Notes: a model not told the origin generated them from the letters alone. 64,000 nucleotides of DNA from an uncultured delta proteobacterium (GCA_963753975.1 CAVWEH010000006.1:10703-74702); one strand, 5' to 3'. Positions 1 to 10,561 are shown, numbered from the stretch's first letter. Made by a program: numbers and translations.

Positions 1-788
1 GCCAATCTCTGATTGTTGAAGAAAAATTTGACGGAGAAGAATTTTCCCTGCAGTGTTTATGCGACGGAAAAACGGTTGTAGCAACGCCGCTGGTACAGGA
101 TCATAAAAGACGATTCGATGGCGACCGCGGCCCTAATACCGGCGGCATGGGTTCGTATTCCATGGCTAATCATTCTTTACCTTTCTTAAAGCCGGAGGAT
201 ACTTTGACGGGCTTGGAAATAACACGTCAGGTGGCCGCGGCTCTGCTTCAAGAAACAGGCACCCCTTACAGAGGCGTTATGTACGGCGGATTTATCGCCA
301 CTAAAAATGGTGTAAAGCTTCTGGAATACAATGCGCGCTTGGGTGATCCCGAGGCCATGAATATCCTGCCACTTTTAAAAACGGATTTTGTGGATATATG
401 CCGCCACATTATTGCCGGAACTCTGGATAAATTAAAGATTGAATTTGAGACCAAGGCAACAGTCTGCAAATATGTTGTACCCAAAGGTTACGGCCTGCCT
501 GCAGATCATCCCGATGCAGCACCTTCACGCGCAAAAATCGAAGTAGGCAATGTGGGAAAAGCCCGGCTCTACTATTCATCCGTAGATAAAAGAGAAGACG
601 GATTGTACTTGAGTTCGTCGCGCGCCATCGGCATTGTGGGCATTGCCGATACATTAGAAAAAGCTAGAAAAATAAGCGAAGAAGGCGTTAAAGCAGTTAA
701 AGGCCCGGTTGCCTACCGTGAAGACATCGGCACGGAGACTTTAATTAAAAAGCGCATTGAACATATGAAAAAGTTGAGAAGTATTTAA
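1..788 (+). CDS. purD: Phosphoribosylamine--glycine ligase, 3' part (runs off window start)
   Basis: QDHKRRFDGDRGPNTGGMGSYS and LLEYNARLGDPE GARS motifs. Confidence 0.95.
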   Translation, partial: QSLIVEEKFDGEEFSLQCLCDGKTVVATPLVQDHKRRFDGDRGPNTGGMGSYSMANHSLPFLKPEDTLTGLEITRQVAAALLQETGTPYRGVMYGGFIATKNGVKLLEYNARLGDPEAMNILPLLKTDFVDICRHIIAGTLDKLKIEFETKATVCKYVVPKGYGLPADHPDAAPSRAKIEVGNVGKARLYYSSVDKREDGLYLSSSRAIGIVGIADTLEKARKISEEGVKAVKGPVAYREDIGTETLIKKRIEHMKKLRSI

Positions 789-862
789 TCAAAGATTCCC
801 CCTCAATGGCCCTTGTAAAAAAATAATTTTCATATCTAATATTAAAGAATAAATGATTTATA

Positions 863-1396
863 TTAAGCTTTCGGTAATTGCGGAAACCTCTGGTCGATTA
901 TTTTATTCCATACATCGACATTTTGCTTGTTTTGGGCAATCAACTCGGAAATATCGCCCTCGATTGTAACAGATTTTATTTTATCTCCCTGACTTATGGC
1001 ATTGACAACATTCTGGTCAGCATCACCCATCACCTCGCCGAATACAGTATGTTTGCCGTCGAGCCAGGGAGTGGGGACATGGGTGATGAAAAACTGGCTA
1101 CCGTTAGTGCCCGGACCGGCATTGGCCATGGAAAGAATACCCGGTTTACTGTGACGTAGTTCTTTCACAAATTCATCCTGAAATTTATAGCCCGGCCCGC
1201 CGCGGCCGCTGCCCTCCGGACAGCCGCCCTGAATCATAAAGTCGGGAATTACCCGGTGAAATTTTAAATTATTATAATAGCCGCGCCGCGCCAGATTGAC
1301 AAAATTACCCACGGTAACGGGCGTTTGTTCAGCAAATAATTCCAGCTTGATAGTCCCTTTATTCGTTTCGATAACCGCTTTCAATTCATTTTTCAT
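863..1396 (-). CDS. Cyclophilin-type peptidyl-prolyl cis-trans isomerase
   Basis: [42 protein letters not shown]; start set at MKNELK after AAGGAG RBS. Confidence 0.95.
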   Translation of the reverse strand: MKNELKAVIETNKGTIKLELFAEQTPVTVGNFVNLARRGYYNNLKFHRVIPDFMIQGGCPEGSGRGGPGYKFQDEFVKELRHSKPGILSMANAGPGTNGSQFFITHVPTPWLDGKHTVFGEVMGDADQNVVNAISQGDKIKSVTIEGDISELIAQNKQNVDVWNKIIDQRFPQLPKA

Positions 1397-1518
1397 TTTA
1401 TTCTCCTTCAAAAAGGCAATAAACTCGCAGCGCTTCAAACTTCATTACACCAATTCTTAGCAAGTTTCATTAAGCAGTAAATATTGACTTTAAATAAGTC
1501 AATATAAAAAGTACTCTT

Positions 1519-1543
1519 GGATTCCCGCCTACGCGGGAATGAC
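1519..1543. repeat. Short REP-like palindrome GGATTCCCGCCTACGCGGGAATGAC
   Basis: ATTCCCGC/GCGGGAAT inverted repeat between co-oriented genes. Confidence 0.6.
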
Positions 1544-1604
1544 AACTTTTATTGTTTTGCCGCTTTCAGAGACGGCTCTCATCTTTTTTCATCAAGAATT
1601 ATTT

Positions 1605-2783
1605 TTAATGATGGAACAGCCTCAGACCGCAAAAGGCCATGACAATGCCGTATTTGTTGCAGGTGTCGATGACCTGCTGGTCGCGGATGGAACCTCCGGC
1701 CTCGACAATGGCGGTCACACCGCTGCGGTGGGCGCGTTCGATGTTATCACCGAAGGGGAAGAACGCGTCGCTGCCTAAGGCAACTCCTGTGACCTTGCAA
1801 AGCCACTTTTGTTTTTGAACCTTAGTTAAAGGTTTCGGCTGTTTCGTAAAAGTTTCGGCCCAGACATCGTCACCAATGACATCCTCTGGTGTGTCGCCCA
1901 AGTAAACGTCGATGGCATTATCGCGATTGGGTTTGGAAACATCATCGCGGAACGGCAAATTCAGCACCTTGGACATATGGCGCAGCTGCCAGTTATCGGC
2001 CTTCTGGCCGGCCAAACGGGTGCAGTGGATGCGGCTTTGCTGGCCCGCACCTACGCCAATGACCTGGCCGTCCTGCACGTAGCAGACGCTATTGGACTGC
2101 GTGTATTTGAGCGTGATGAGTGCTAACACCAGATCGCGCTCCTGCGCGTCGGTAAGCGTTTTGTTTTCGGTCACAATATTTTCCAGCATACGGGCATCTA
2201 TTTTCAAATCGTTTCTCCCCTGCTCGAAGGTGATGCCGTAAACCTGCTTGTGCTCCAGAGAAACCGGCACGTAATTAGGGTCGATAAAAACTACATTGTA
2301 AGCACCGCCTTTTTTGGATTTCAGAATTTCCAGAGCTTCCGGTTTATAGCCCGGCGCAATGATACCATCGGTAACTTCGTTTTTGATAATCTGCGCCGTG
2401 GGCACGTCACAGATATCGGAAAGCGCGATCCAATCGCCAAAGCTGCTCATACGGTCGGCACCACGGGCGCGCGCGTAAGCGCAGGCCAAGGGAGAGAGTT
2501 TCATTTTAGGATCGATGTGATACATCTTGCGCAATACTCTATCCAGAGGGAAACCCAGTGCGGCGCCAGCAGGAGAGACGTGTTTAAAAGATGCTGCGGC
2601 GACCATACCGGTATTTTCTTTGAGTTCTTTCACCAGCTGCCAGCTGTTGAACGCGTCCAGAAAATTGATGTAGCCGGGCTTGCCGTTTAACACCTCAACC
2701 GGCAGATTGCCGCCGTCCACCATAAAGATACGGGCGGGTTTCTGGTTGGGGTTGCAGCCGTATTTGAGTTGTATTTCGTTCAT
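1605..2783 (-). CDS. purH: AICAR transformylase, short monofunctional PurH-like form (no N-terminal IMP cyclohydrolase domain)
   Basis: LKYGCNPNQ start, SFKHVSPAG, KYTQSNSV, GAGQQSRIHCTRLA, SDAFFPFGD; 392 aa. Confidence 0.9.
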   Translation of the reverse strand: MNEIQLKYGCNPNQKPARIFMVDGGNLPVEVLNGKPGYINFLDAFNSWQLVKELKENTGMVAAASFKHVSPAGAALGFPLDRVLRKMYHIDPKMKLSPLACAYARARGADRMSSFGDWIALSDICDVPTAQIIKNEVTDGIIAPGYKPEALEILKSKKGGAYNVVFIDPNYVPVSLEHKQVYGITFEQGRNDLKIDARMLENIVTENKTLTDAQERDLVLALITLKYTQSNSVCYVQDGQVIGVGAGQQSRIHCTRLAGQKADNWQLRHMSKVLNLPFRDDVSKPNRDNAIDVYLGDTPEDVIGDDVWAETFTKQPKPLTKVQKQKWLCKVTGVALGSDAFFPFGDNIERAHRSGVTAIVEAGGSIRDQQVIDTCNKYGIVMAFCGLRLFHH

Positions 2784-2786
2784 GAA

Positions 2787-3518
2787 TTATCCCTCCACCG
2801 CTTGATATTTGTTGATAATAACGTCTTTGTAAACTTGGGTTTTAAGGTCTATGGCGCGCACAAAGAGGCTGACCTTATTGTCCTCGTTTAAGGCTTTCCA
2901 AACTTTGGCGGCGTAGGCATCCGGGTCTTCTTCGTCGACGGCCACGCGCAGAGGCTCGCCTTCAAAACTGGGAATCGGGCTACCGTTACACCTGTAGGTA
3001 CTGACGAAATGCCCCTCACCGGCAAGGGGCTGCGGATAATCAAAGGTAAAGCGTTGGACGCTGTTTTCGTTGCCGCCGCAGCGTTTCAAAATACTGAGTT
3101 TATTTACACCCGTACGCATATCCACAACGCCGGAGATACGGGGCGTCCAGTTAGGCTTGTCATCTTCAAAAGTACGAGTAGCAAGTGCGGCTTCAAAATT
3201 ATATCCCGGAAACTTGTTTCGGCTCATAAAATCATAAATTGTGTTGGTCTGGTCGCCGTTGGTAACAATCGTTGTTTTATCGAACGTCAGAACGGGATTG
3301 TAAATAATCAGATGCGGTTCGGTCATTTTGGAAGGGTCGGCCGCCATGGTACGGATGCCGCCGTCGATGGAGTCAAACACGCGGTTGCGACTGTTTACGC
3401 TACGGCCCATGATAAAGTAGGCAATCATGGCTTTTTGGCCACCCGGGGTTTTACCGATGCAGATTCCGCGGCCAGGATAATCGTTCCCGGCCAGATAATT
3501 GTATAAATTCTCTTTCAT
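2787..3518 (-). CDS. IMP cyclohydrolase, PurO-like
   Basis: YPGRGI, AYFIMGRSVNSRNR, VTNGDQT, TPRISG motifs; adjacent to short purH. Confidence 0.85.
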   Translation of the reverse strand: MKENLYNYLAGNDYPGRGICIGKTPGGQKAMIAYFIMGRSVNSRNRVFDSIDGGIRTMAADPSKMTEPHLIIYNPVLTFDKTTIVTNGDQTNTIYDFMSRNKFPGYNFEAALATRTFEDDKPNWTPRISGVVDMRTGVNKLSILKRCGGNENSVQRFTFDYPQPLAGEGHFVSTYRCNGSPIPSFEGEPLRVAVDEEDPDAYAAKVWKALNEDNKVSLFVRAIDLKTQVYKDVIINKYQAVEG

Positions 3519-3543
3519 TTTTTACTTCTCTCCTGAGATTATG

Positions 3544-3598
3544 GATAAGGGCTTTTCTTTTGCTGCGGAAGTATATGAAGAGAATTTTCGTATGTCAA
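3544..3598 (-). promoter_or_regulatory. Promoter-bearing repeat copy (TTGACA-17-TATACT) upstream of IMP cyclohydrolase
   Basis: -35 at 3593-3598, -10 at 3570-3575; closely similar to 34943-35011. Confidence 0.7.
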
Positions 3599-3707
3599 CT
3601 GGATTTGGGGAGGAATGTTAATTTTCAAATTGCAAATAATGGCCCAATGCGTTAGATACAGATAGATTTTTATACAATAATAATATCTCCATACACTAGG
3701 AGCTTTT

Positions 3708-4232
3708 ATGAAAACAAAAAGCCCCAAAAAAGAAAAAGTTTTAGTAAGCGTTGTCATGGGCAGTGACTCCGACTTGCCGATCATGACCGAAGCAGCTAAA
3801 ATTCTCGAAGAGTTTGCCATCGGGCATGAGCTTATCCTGACCTCGGCACACCGCACGCCCGAGCGAACGGCAAAGTTCGCCAAAGAAGCGGCGAAACGAG
3901 GAATCAAAGTAATCATCGTCGGAGCAGGTGCGGCAGCTCATCTGGCCGGTGTAATTGCCGCACAAACGTCTTTGCCGGTCATCGGCATTCCTATTGACGC
4001 TACCTCTCTGCACGGTCTCGACGCTCTTCTTTCCACTATACAAATGCCCGGCGGCGTGCCTGTAGGCGGTATGGCCATCGGCAAAGCCGGAGCCAAGAAC
4101 GCCGCCCTATTTGCCATCCGCATTCTTGCTCTTACCGACAAATCAATTGATTCTAAACTGTCAGCCCATATTCAGAAAATGGCGTTGGAAGTGGAAAAAA
4201 AACAGGAAAACCTTTCATGCCGGAAATCCTGA
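3708..4232 (+). CDS. purE: N5-CAIR mutase
   Basis: VMGSDSDL, SAHRTPER, GAGAAAHLAG, LPVIGIP motifs. Confidence 0.97.
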   Translation: MKTKSPKKEKVLVSVVMGSDSDLPIMTEAAKILEEFAIGHELILTSAHRTPERTAKFAKEAAKRGIKVIIVGAGAAAHLAGVIAAQTSLPVIGIPIDATSLHGLDALLSTIQMPGGVPVGGMAIGKAGAKNAALFAIRILALTDKSIDSKLSAHIQKMALEVEKKQENLSCRKS

Positions 4233-4852
4233 GGGTAAGTACAAACAAGTCAGAAGAAAGTGTTTTGACAAGCGCCGCCGCTATTGTCGCCCGCGGCGGC
4301 GTTATTGCTTATCCGACCGAAACTTTTTACGGATTAGGTGCCGATGCCACAAATGAGAAAGCCGTAAAAAAAATTTATAAAATTAAAGGCAGAAATCTTA
4401 TAAATCCCGTATCCCTAATTATCGGGCGAACTGAAAATCTTTATCCTCTGGTTCAGAGTGTCCCCCCGGCAGCTCAAAAGTTGATCCGGGCATTTTGGCC
4501 GGGAGCACTGACCATTATTTTTAAGGCTTCCGATGGAGTATTGCCGGTTTTAACGGCGGGTACGGGCAAAATTGGAGTGCGTGTTTCCGCAAGCTATACC
4601 GCTCAGGCAATCGCGCAAAAGTTGGGACATCCTCTTACCGCCACCAGCGCCAATTTATCCGGCAAGCCCGAATGTTCGGAAGCTTCAGAAGTTGCGCAGC
4701 AAATCGGAAACAAGATTGATGCTATTATCGATTTTGGTCCCACAACCGGCGGTAAAGTTTCCACCTTTATCGATGTTACCTGTGATCCCCCGGAAATTTT
4801 ACGCGAAGGAATAATAACCCGAAAATCAATTGAAAAAATTTTAGGAATATAG
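4217..4852 (+). CDS. tsaC: L-threonylcarbamoyladenylate synthase (Sua5/YrdC family)
   Basis: AYPTETFYGLG, KGR, FWPGALT, TATSANLSG. Confidence 0.93.
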   Translation: MPEILRVSTNKSEESVLTSAAAIVARGGVIAYPTETFYGLGADATNEKAVKKIYKIKGRNLINPVSLIIGRTENLYPLVQSVPPAAQKLIRAFWPGALTIIFKASDGVLPVLTAGTGKIGVRVSASYTAQAIAQKLGHPLTATSANLSGKPECSEASEVAQQIGNKIDAIIDFGPTTGGKVSTFIDVTCDPPEILREGIITRKSIEKILGI

Positions 4853-4900
4853 AAGGCTTCCAACAGCGATCAAGGCCAAATCAATTAACTTACTTGTTTT

Positions 4901-5893
4901 TTAAAGAAGCCGTTCCGCACCAATTGTAGTTACCGTGGTTTTAATGACACCAGGAGGTTCATGGGTAAAAACGATCATGAAAGGAATTTGTCCGTTAGGC
5001 ACAATTTTGTCATTGGAATTATTATTGCCTTCCGGCCTCGAAAGCTTTCTTAAAATCTCTTCTTCAGACAAATTCGTAAGTTCATCATCGGTCAGAACAT
5101 TCCCGGCATAACTTGTGCGTTCACCTAAAACCACGGCAAAGGCATCAACTATCGCCCCTTTAATGACTATCCTGGAAATAGGATAATCGGCCTGATTTAC
5201 CGCCGTGCCTTCCATAACTCGAATTTGTCCCAGAACATAATTATTCACCATTCGCTGCCGAATGTCTTGTAACTTGACTTGCCCGATAACAACTTCCGGC
5301 CGTACCGCTTCCTCTTCAACGCCTATATATTTATTGGCAATTTTGATGAAGCGGTCGCCCAGTCGCGGGAAAATAAAGAAATAAATTACAACGGGGATAA
5401 CTACAATTACTAAGAGAGCCCACACAATAACCTTCCATGTTTTACGTGAACTTTTTCCGGATAACGGCTTCTCTTGTTCAAAATCTTCAACTTTGCCCCT
5501 TAAATCACGAAACGCCGCGCTTCTTTCTGCGCTCATGAAATTTTCTTTACCAATGCTTTCCCTGTGTGTTTTTTCCATCTCCAAGTTTACTTTATCGTTT
5601 AGAGTCTTTTTTGCCTCCATTACATTATCGAGAAAACGAACAACATCTTCATCCCGGTCGGAGACCGGAGGAACTTCCTTAGTCAAATCAGTGCTTTCTT
5701 TTCCCGGCATGGGTTCCTCCGAAAAAACAGACCCGGGGACTAACGGTGTTTCTAATTCCTCTTTTACAATCAGCGGATTGTCCTGAAAAAAAACGTGTTG
5801 GCAGCGACTGCAGCGCATCCATATACCATCGCCTTGCATCAGAGCATCATCAAAATAAAATTTTGTCCGACATTGCCTGCACTGAATAATCAT
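4901..5893 (-). CDS. Zinc-ribbon / DUF3426-like single-pass membrane protein
   Basis: N-terminal CxxC...CxxC (MJ0042-type finger), one TM helix, C-terminal extracytoplasmic domain. Confidence 0.75.
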   Translation of the reverse strand: MIIQCRQCRTKFYFDDALMQGDGIWMRCSRCQHVFFQDNPLIVKEELETPLVPGSVFSEEPMPGKESTDLTKEVPPVSDRDEDVVRFLDNVMEAKKTLNDKVNLEMEKTHRESIGKENFMSAERSAAFRDLRGKVEDFEQEKPLSGKSSRKTWKVIVWALLVIVVIPVVIYFFIFPRLGDRFIKIANKYIGVEEEAVRPEVVIGQVKLQDIRQRMVNNYVLGQIRVMEGTAVNQADYPISRIVIKGAIVDAFAVVLGERTSYAGNVLTDDELTNLSEEEILRKLSRPEGNNNSNDKIVPNGQIPFMIVFTHEPPGVIKTTVTTIGAERLL

Positions 5894-5908
5894 TCTCTAT
5901 CCTCTTGG

Positions 5909-6433
5909 CTACTGCTTAATAACATAAATCTCGGGCAAAAAGCGGTAACGTTCAGAGAAATCTAAGCCATAACCGACTAAAAATCCATCATCTATTGTAA
6001 AGCCTACATAATCAGCTTCAAAAGATACTTTTCTTTTTTTGCGTTTATCTAACAGAGCACATACCTTAAGCGAATGGGGATTTCTTTCCTTAAGCCATTC
6101 GACCAGATATTTTAAGGTCAACCCTGTGTCAATTATGTCTTCGACAATCAGTATATCTCTGCCGTTAATGGAAGTTTCTATATCCTTGGTCATTACTGTT
6201 TTGCCCGAGGTTTCCGAACCTGAGCCATAACTGACCACGCGGACGAAATCGATCCTGCAGGGAATGCTCAGGGCCCGGACTAAATCAGCCATAAAAATGA
6301 ACGCCCCTTTAAGAATTCCGATGACGATCAATTCCCGGCCGGTGTAATCACCGGATATCTGGTCGGCTAATTCTTTTACGCGCTTTTGAATCATCTTATA
6401 AGGAAAAAGGATTTCCCTGGACATGTCGTTCAT
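5909..6433 (-). CDS. hpt: Hypoxanthine phosphoribosyltransferase
   Basis: GILKGAFIFMADL, ILIVEDIIDTGLTL, VGYGLD. Confidence 0.97.
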   Translation of the reverse strand: MNDMSREILFPYKMIQKRVKELADQISGDYTGRELIVIGILKGAFIFMADLVRALSIPCRIDFVRVVSYGSGSETSGKTVMTKDIETSINGRDILIVEDIIDTGLTLKYLVEWLKERNPHSLKVCALLDKRKKRKVSFEADYVGFTIDDGFLVGYGLDFSERYRFLPEIYVIKQ

Positions 6434-6502
6434 TATGTCGTTTCTCTTTTAATTATTTCAGGCCGTACACTACCCAATATGAGTATTATCTGTCAATAAA
6501 AA

Positions 6503-7321
6503 TCAAAAGACGCCCTGATAAGTGGAAATAAAATTTTCAATATTTGATGAAACCAGTTTTTCCGCCAATTCAATTTCCTGGACATTTTTAAAGGCTGAAG
6601 ACAAGCTCAAGAATATTCTATCAAATTTTGATATCTCCTTACCTAACCTTGCATAATCGATATAACTAATCATGTATTGCGATCCATCAAAATAATATTT
6701 ACCCAGCCTGTTTACTTCCGGAGAACGAAACGGCCAGGTTATTTTCCAATCAAAATATTGACGGGCAATACTTTTTAGCGCCGCGTTATCAAATACTTCC
6801 GGCTTCAACTCCCCGCCAATCTTATCGGCGAGTATTCGAAAATATGTTTTTACCAAGTCAATGTCTGTCAGACAAAGGCCGTAAAGATACCAATCATCAA
6901 TTATTTTTATCAGCACTTGAGCTTGAGACGTGGAGATAAAGTGATGGCTGGGACAAAGATGACCGGCACAAAGTTCCCGGCCATAAAACGAAACAGTGCG
7001 TAAATCAATGCCTGAGTTTTGCGCCGGATGCAAGAGACAGCCTACTTTCCTCTCTTCGCTATCCAGAAAACCAAGATATTCGCAGCAATAAATCACCTCA
7101 TATCTCTTTTTAAAATCTTCGTGGTTTAACGTTTCGCCGGCATAATATTCGATATCGCCCGGTTTTTTCACTAGTTTACGGAAGCGCTGTGTACGTGCGC
7201 GTAATCTTTTTTTAAGAGAAGAACGGGAGCTATCCGCATAATTATATAAACCGCAACAAGCACCGCATGATTTGTTATCATCAGGCTGACAAAAGATGCC
7301 TAAATTATTATCTGCTTTCAA
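6503..7321 (-). CDS. Cys-rich hypothetical protein (possible metal or Fe-S binding)
   Basis: SCGACCGLYN, YCCEYLG, GCLLHP, CAGHLC; 272 aa ORF. Confidence 0.7.
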   Translation of the reverse strand: MKADNNLGIFCQPDDNKSCGACCGLYNYADSSRSSLKKRLRARTQRFRKLVKKPGDIEYYAGETLNHEDFKKRYEVIYCCEYLGFLDSEERKVGCLLHPAQNSGIDLRTVSFYGRELCAGHLCPSHHFISTSQAQVLIKIIDDWYLYGLCLTDIDLVKTYFRILADKIGGELKPEVFDNAALKSIARQYFDWKITWPFRSPEVNRLGKYYFDGSQYMISYIDYARLGKEISKFDRIFLSLSSAFKNVQEIELAEKLVSSNIENFISTYQGVF

Positions 7322-7400
7322 TTAAACACCTTATTCTTTTCAGACAAGGAATAACCTGAAAAATAGCTAAATATCTTATATTACTTTTTTATTTAACGGC

Positions 7401-7562
7401 TCACTCCAATACAATAGTTTTTGATCCAGAAACAAGTATTTTGTTTTTCACGCGTACATGAACAATATTTCCGTCGTGATTAAAAATGAAATTGGAAATC
7501 TTCGCCGCGAGCCCTTTGCTATCGGAACAGGATAAAAGTAAAATGGCATTGGCATTATTCAT
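7401..7562 (-). pseudogene. purU: Remnant of formyltetrahydrofolate deformylase with large internal deletion
   Basis: Hand translation: MNNANAILLLSCSDSKGLAAKISNFIFNHDGNIVH (PurU ACT N-terminus) joined out of frame to KNKILVSGSKTIVLE* (PurU-like C-terminus). Confidence 0.7.
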
Positions 7563-7696
7563 ACGGCGGCTTCATTTTCATGAATTTTGAAACTTGCGGT
7601 TGTGCATTAAATATAGAAGGATTGGCGTTGCAGGTCAAGAGTAAAAATGGTAAGGACAGCACCCCTGTATGGAATCATGCTCGGAATATAAAACAA

Positions 7697-8090
7697 ATGA
7701 AATTAATTGAAGAAATAAACCTGGCTAACGGCCTGAAGTTGAATATTTTTGATTTATCGCGTCCCATAGCTGCCGACACGGTTAAGGTGGAAATTTCCAT
7801 TCAGTCCAAAATAGATTTAAAAAAATCTTATTTTTCCGACTCACGAGATTATCATCAGGTAAAAAGAATCTTTGGCGATAATTTTTCCTACGAATACAAA
7901 ATGGAAAGATCTTTTGTGGCTAAAGAAAATCAGGAGGCTATCCGCGAGGAATTACTCTGCACGTTCAAAAGCAATTCTTTGTCATTACCTTTCTTCGGCA
8001 AATTTTCCACAAAAGCTCGCACTGGCAACTCTCAGGGATATCAAAAACAATCCTTACAAATATAAACATAAGCGGGAAACCGAAGAATGA
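7697..8090 (+). CDS. Hypothetical protein split by a frameshift near 7985
   Basis: MKLIEEINL... frame continues as ...YLSSANFPQKLA... in the 7872 frame; stop overlaps next ATG. Confidence 0.6.
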
Positions 8091-10561
8091 CTGATTCTAA
8101 ATTCGACGGGCTTTTACTTAACGCCGAAAAGCCCAGCCGTTACCTGGGCAGCGAAGTAAATGCCGTGCATAAAGACAAAAAAGAAGTGCGCTTCCTTCTT
8201 GCCTTTCCGGATACATATGAAGTAGGCATGTCGCATCTCGGTTTACAGATTTTGTATTCCGTTTTGAACGAAATCCCGTATATGCAGGCGGAAAGATGTT
8301 TCGCGCCCTGGCCGGACAGGGAGAGTCAACTGCGCCAACTAAGAATACCGCTGACATCTTTAGAATCACAAACACCTATAGTAAATTTTGACGTTATCGG
8401 TTTTTCCCTTCAGTATGAACTGTCTTTTACCAATGTATTGAACATGCTGGATTTGGGAGGTATACCGCTTGCACGAAGCGAACGCAAAAATAACCATCCC
8501 CTGATAATTGCCGGAGGCCCTTGCTGTTTTAATCCCGCACCTCTGGCCGGCTTTATCGATGCTTTTGTCATCGGTGAAGGAGAAGAAATCGTTTTAGAAA
8601 TTGCAGCGGCAATCCGCACAGGCAAAAAGAAAAAAACCCCCCGGCATGATTTGCTCGAGCAACTGGCACAAATTTCCGGCATTTATGTTCCTGCCGTTCA
8701 TGGGAAAAATCAACTCATCAAAAAAAGAATTGTTGCCGACCTCAATTTATGGTCGCATCCTCTAAATCCCGTTGTTCCGCTTATGCAGACGATTCATGAC
8801 CGCATCATTTTGGAAATAGCGCGCGGCTGCACGCGAGGATGCAGATTCTGCCAGGCGGGAATGATTTGGCGTCCTTACCGGGAAAGAAACGCCTCTTTGC
8901 TCGTACAGATGGCCGAAAAATTATTGTCGGCAACCGGTCACGACGAAATATCTCTTTTATCCTTGAGTTCAGGGGACTATAGCTGCCTGGAATCCTTAAT
9001 AAAAACCCTGATGAAACAGCATTATTCCCAAAGAGTAGCTTTGGCTTTGCCCTCATTGCGCGTCGAGTCGCTGACCGGAATATTAATCGACGAGATCAAA
9101 AAAACCCGCAAAACCAGTTTTACGCTGGCGCCGGAAGCCGGAACGGATAAAATGCGCCGGGTAATAAATAAAGGCAACACCGCCCACGATTTGATCTCTA
9201 TAGTCGATAAAATATTCACCGCCGGTTGGAGATCAATCAAACTCTATTTCATGCTGGGGCTACCTTACGAAACTGAGGAAGATTTGGAAGGAATTATAGA
9301 GTTGAGCCAGCAGGTTCTGAAGGCGGCAAGAAAACGCGGGCAGGTTACCATTAGCCTTTCCACTTTTGTACCTAAACCGCATACGCCTTTTCAATGGCAA
9401 AGACAAATTTCTTTGGAAGAAACTTATATCAAACAGGATTTCTTTCGCCGACGGGCAAGAGACCGCAATCTCAGCTTGAAATGGCATGACGCAAAAATGA
9501 GCTTACTGGAAGGTATGTTTTCACGCGGCGATGAAAGATTGGGAGAGCTTTTGGAAAAAGTCTTTCTTAAAGGATGCCGTTTCGATGGTTGGACCGAGCT
9601 TTTACGTTTTGAGTTCTGGCAGGAAGTAATGGATGAACTGGGTGTTAATCCTCACGACTACCTGCGCGAACGCGAAATAAACGAAAATCTTCCGTGGGAT
9701 AACATTGACTGCGGCGTGAGCCGACAATTTTTATTGCAGGAAAGACAAAAATCGGCGCAAATGTCGGAAACGGAAGATTGCCGGTTTGCCACTTGTCAAA
9801 ACTGCGGGGTTTGTGATTTCTCGACAACAAAGAATATTTTTGCCGAGGCAGAGGGAACTCCAGAAATTACTCCATCACCGCCAACAGTCATTTCCGCTGC
9901 GCCGGAAAAAATTTACCGTTTTACCTTTAACAAACTTGGAAGGGCGCGGTTTTTATCTCATCGTGAACTTTCCACGGCTTTGATCCGCTCCTTACGCCGC
10001 AGCAGTCTTGCCCTTGTTCATTCTTCCGGCTATCATCCGCATCCTAAAATATCTTTTGCCACAGCTACCCCGGTAGGACTGGAAAGCAGAGAAGAATACA
10101 TGGACATAACCGCGCTGGAATATCCAGCCGATTTAAATTTATTAAAAAGTGAAGTCAATTCCGCCTTACCTCCGGGCATTGAAGTCCTTGAAATAAGGAT
10201 CCTTTCCGCCGGCGCAAAGGCGCTGGCACAAGCGCTGTACGGATTTATCTACGAACTATATCTACCGGCAGATACCGATGAGCGGCGGCTTAATATAATT
10301 AAAGAAAACATAGAAAAATTTCTGGCATCGGCATCATTTAAGATTCAAAGGATATCGAAGGGAAAAACCATAATTAAAGATATCCGTCCTTTTGTAGAAA
10401 GCATGAATCTTAATGCCGCTGAAAAAAGAATTGAATTCACAGTGCTATACACGCAGGAAGGATCGGCCAGGCCTTTTGATATCATTATCCATGTTCTGGG
10501 TTATAACAAAGAAGAAACCGGACAAATCTATTTTACTAAAATAAAAACTTTGTTTTTTTGA
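8087..10561 (+). CDS. B12-binding radical SAM protein (TIGR03960-like) fused to radical SAM-linked DUF2344 domain
   Basis: FPDTYEVGMSHLG, RGCTRGCRFCQAG; C-terminal RFLSHREL...GYHPHPKISF. Confidence 0.9.
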   Translation: MTDSKFDGLLLNAEKPSRYLGSEVNAVHKDKKEVRFLLAFPDTYEVGMSHLGLQILYSVLNEIPYMQAERCFAPWPDRESQLRQLRIPLTSLESQTPIVNFDVIGFSLQYELSFTNVLNMLDLGGIPLARSERKNNHPLIIAGGPCCFNPAPLAGFIDAFVIGEGEEIVLEIAAAIRTGKKKKTPRHDLLEQLAQISGIYVPAVHGKNQLIKKRIVADLNLWSHPLNPVVPLMQTIHDRIILEIARGCTRGCRFCQAGMIWRPYRERNASLLVQMAEKLLSATGHDEISLLSLSSGDYSCLESLIKTLMKQHYSQRVALALPSLRVESLTGILIDEIKKTRKTSFTLAPEAGTDKMRRVINKGNTAHDLISIVDKIFTAGWRSIKLYFMLGLPYETEEDLEGIIELSQQVLKAARKRGQVTISLSTFVPKPHTPFQWQRQISLEETYIKQDFFRRRARDRNLSLKWHDAKMSLLEGMFSRGDERLGELLEKVFLKGCRFDGWTELLRFEFWQEVMDELGVNPHDYLREREINENLPWDNIDCGVSRQFLLQERQKSAQMSETEDCRFATCQNCGVCDFSTTKNIFAEAEGTPEITPSPPTVISAAPEKIYRFTFNKLGRARFLSHRELSTALIRSLRRSSLALVHSSGYHPHPKISFATATPVGLESREEYMDITALEYPADLNLLKSEVNSALPPGIEVLEIRILSAGAKALAQALYGFIYELYLPADTDERRLNIIKENIEKFLASASFKIQRISKGKTIIKDIRPFVESMNLNAAEKRIEFTVLYTQEGSARPFDIIIHVLGYNKEETGQIYFTKIKTLFF

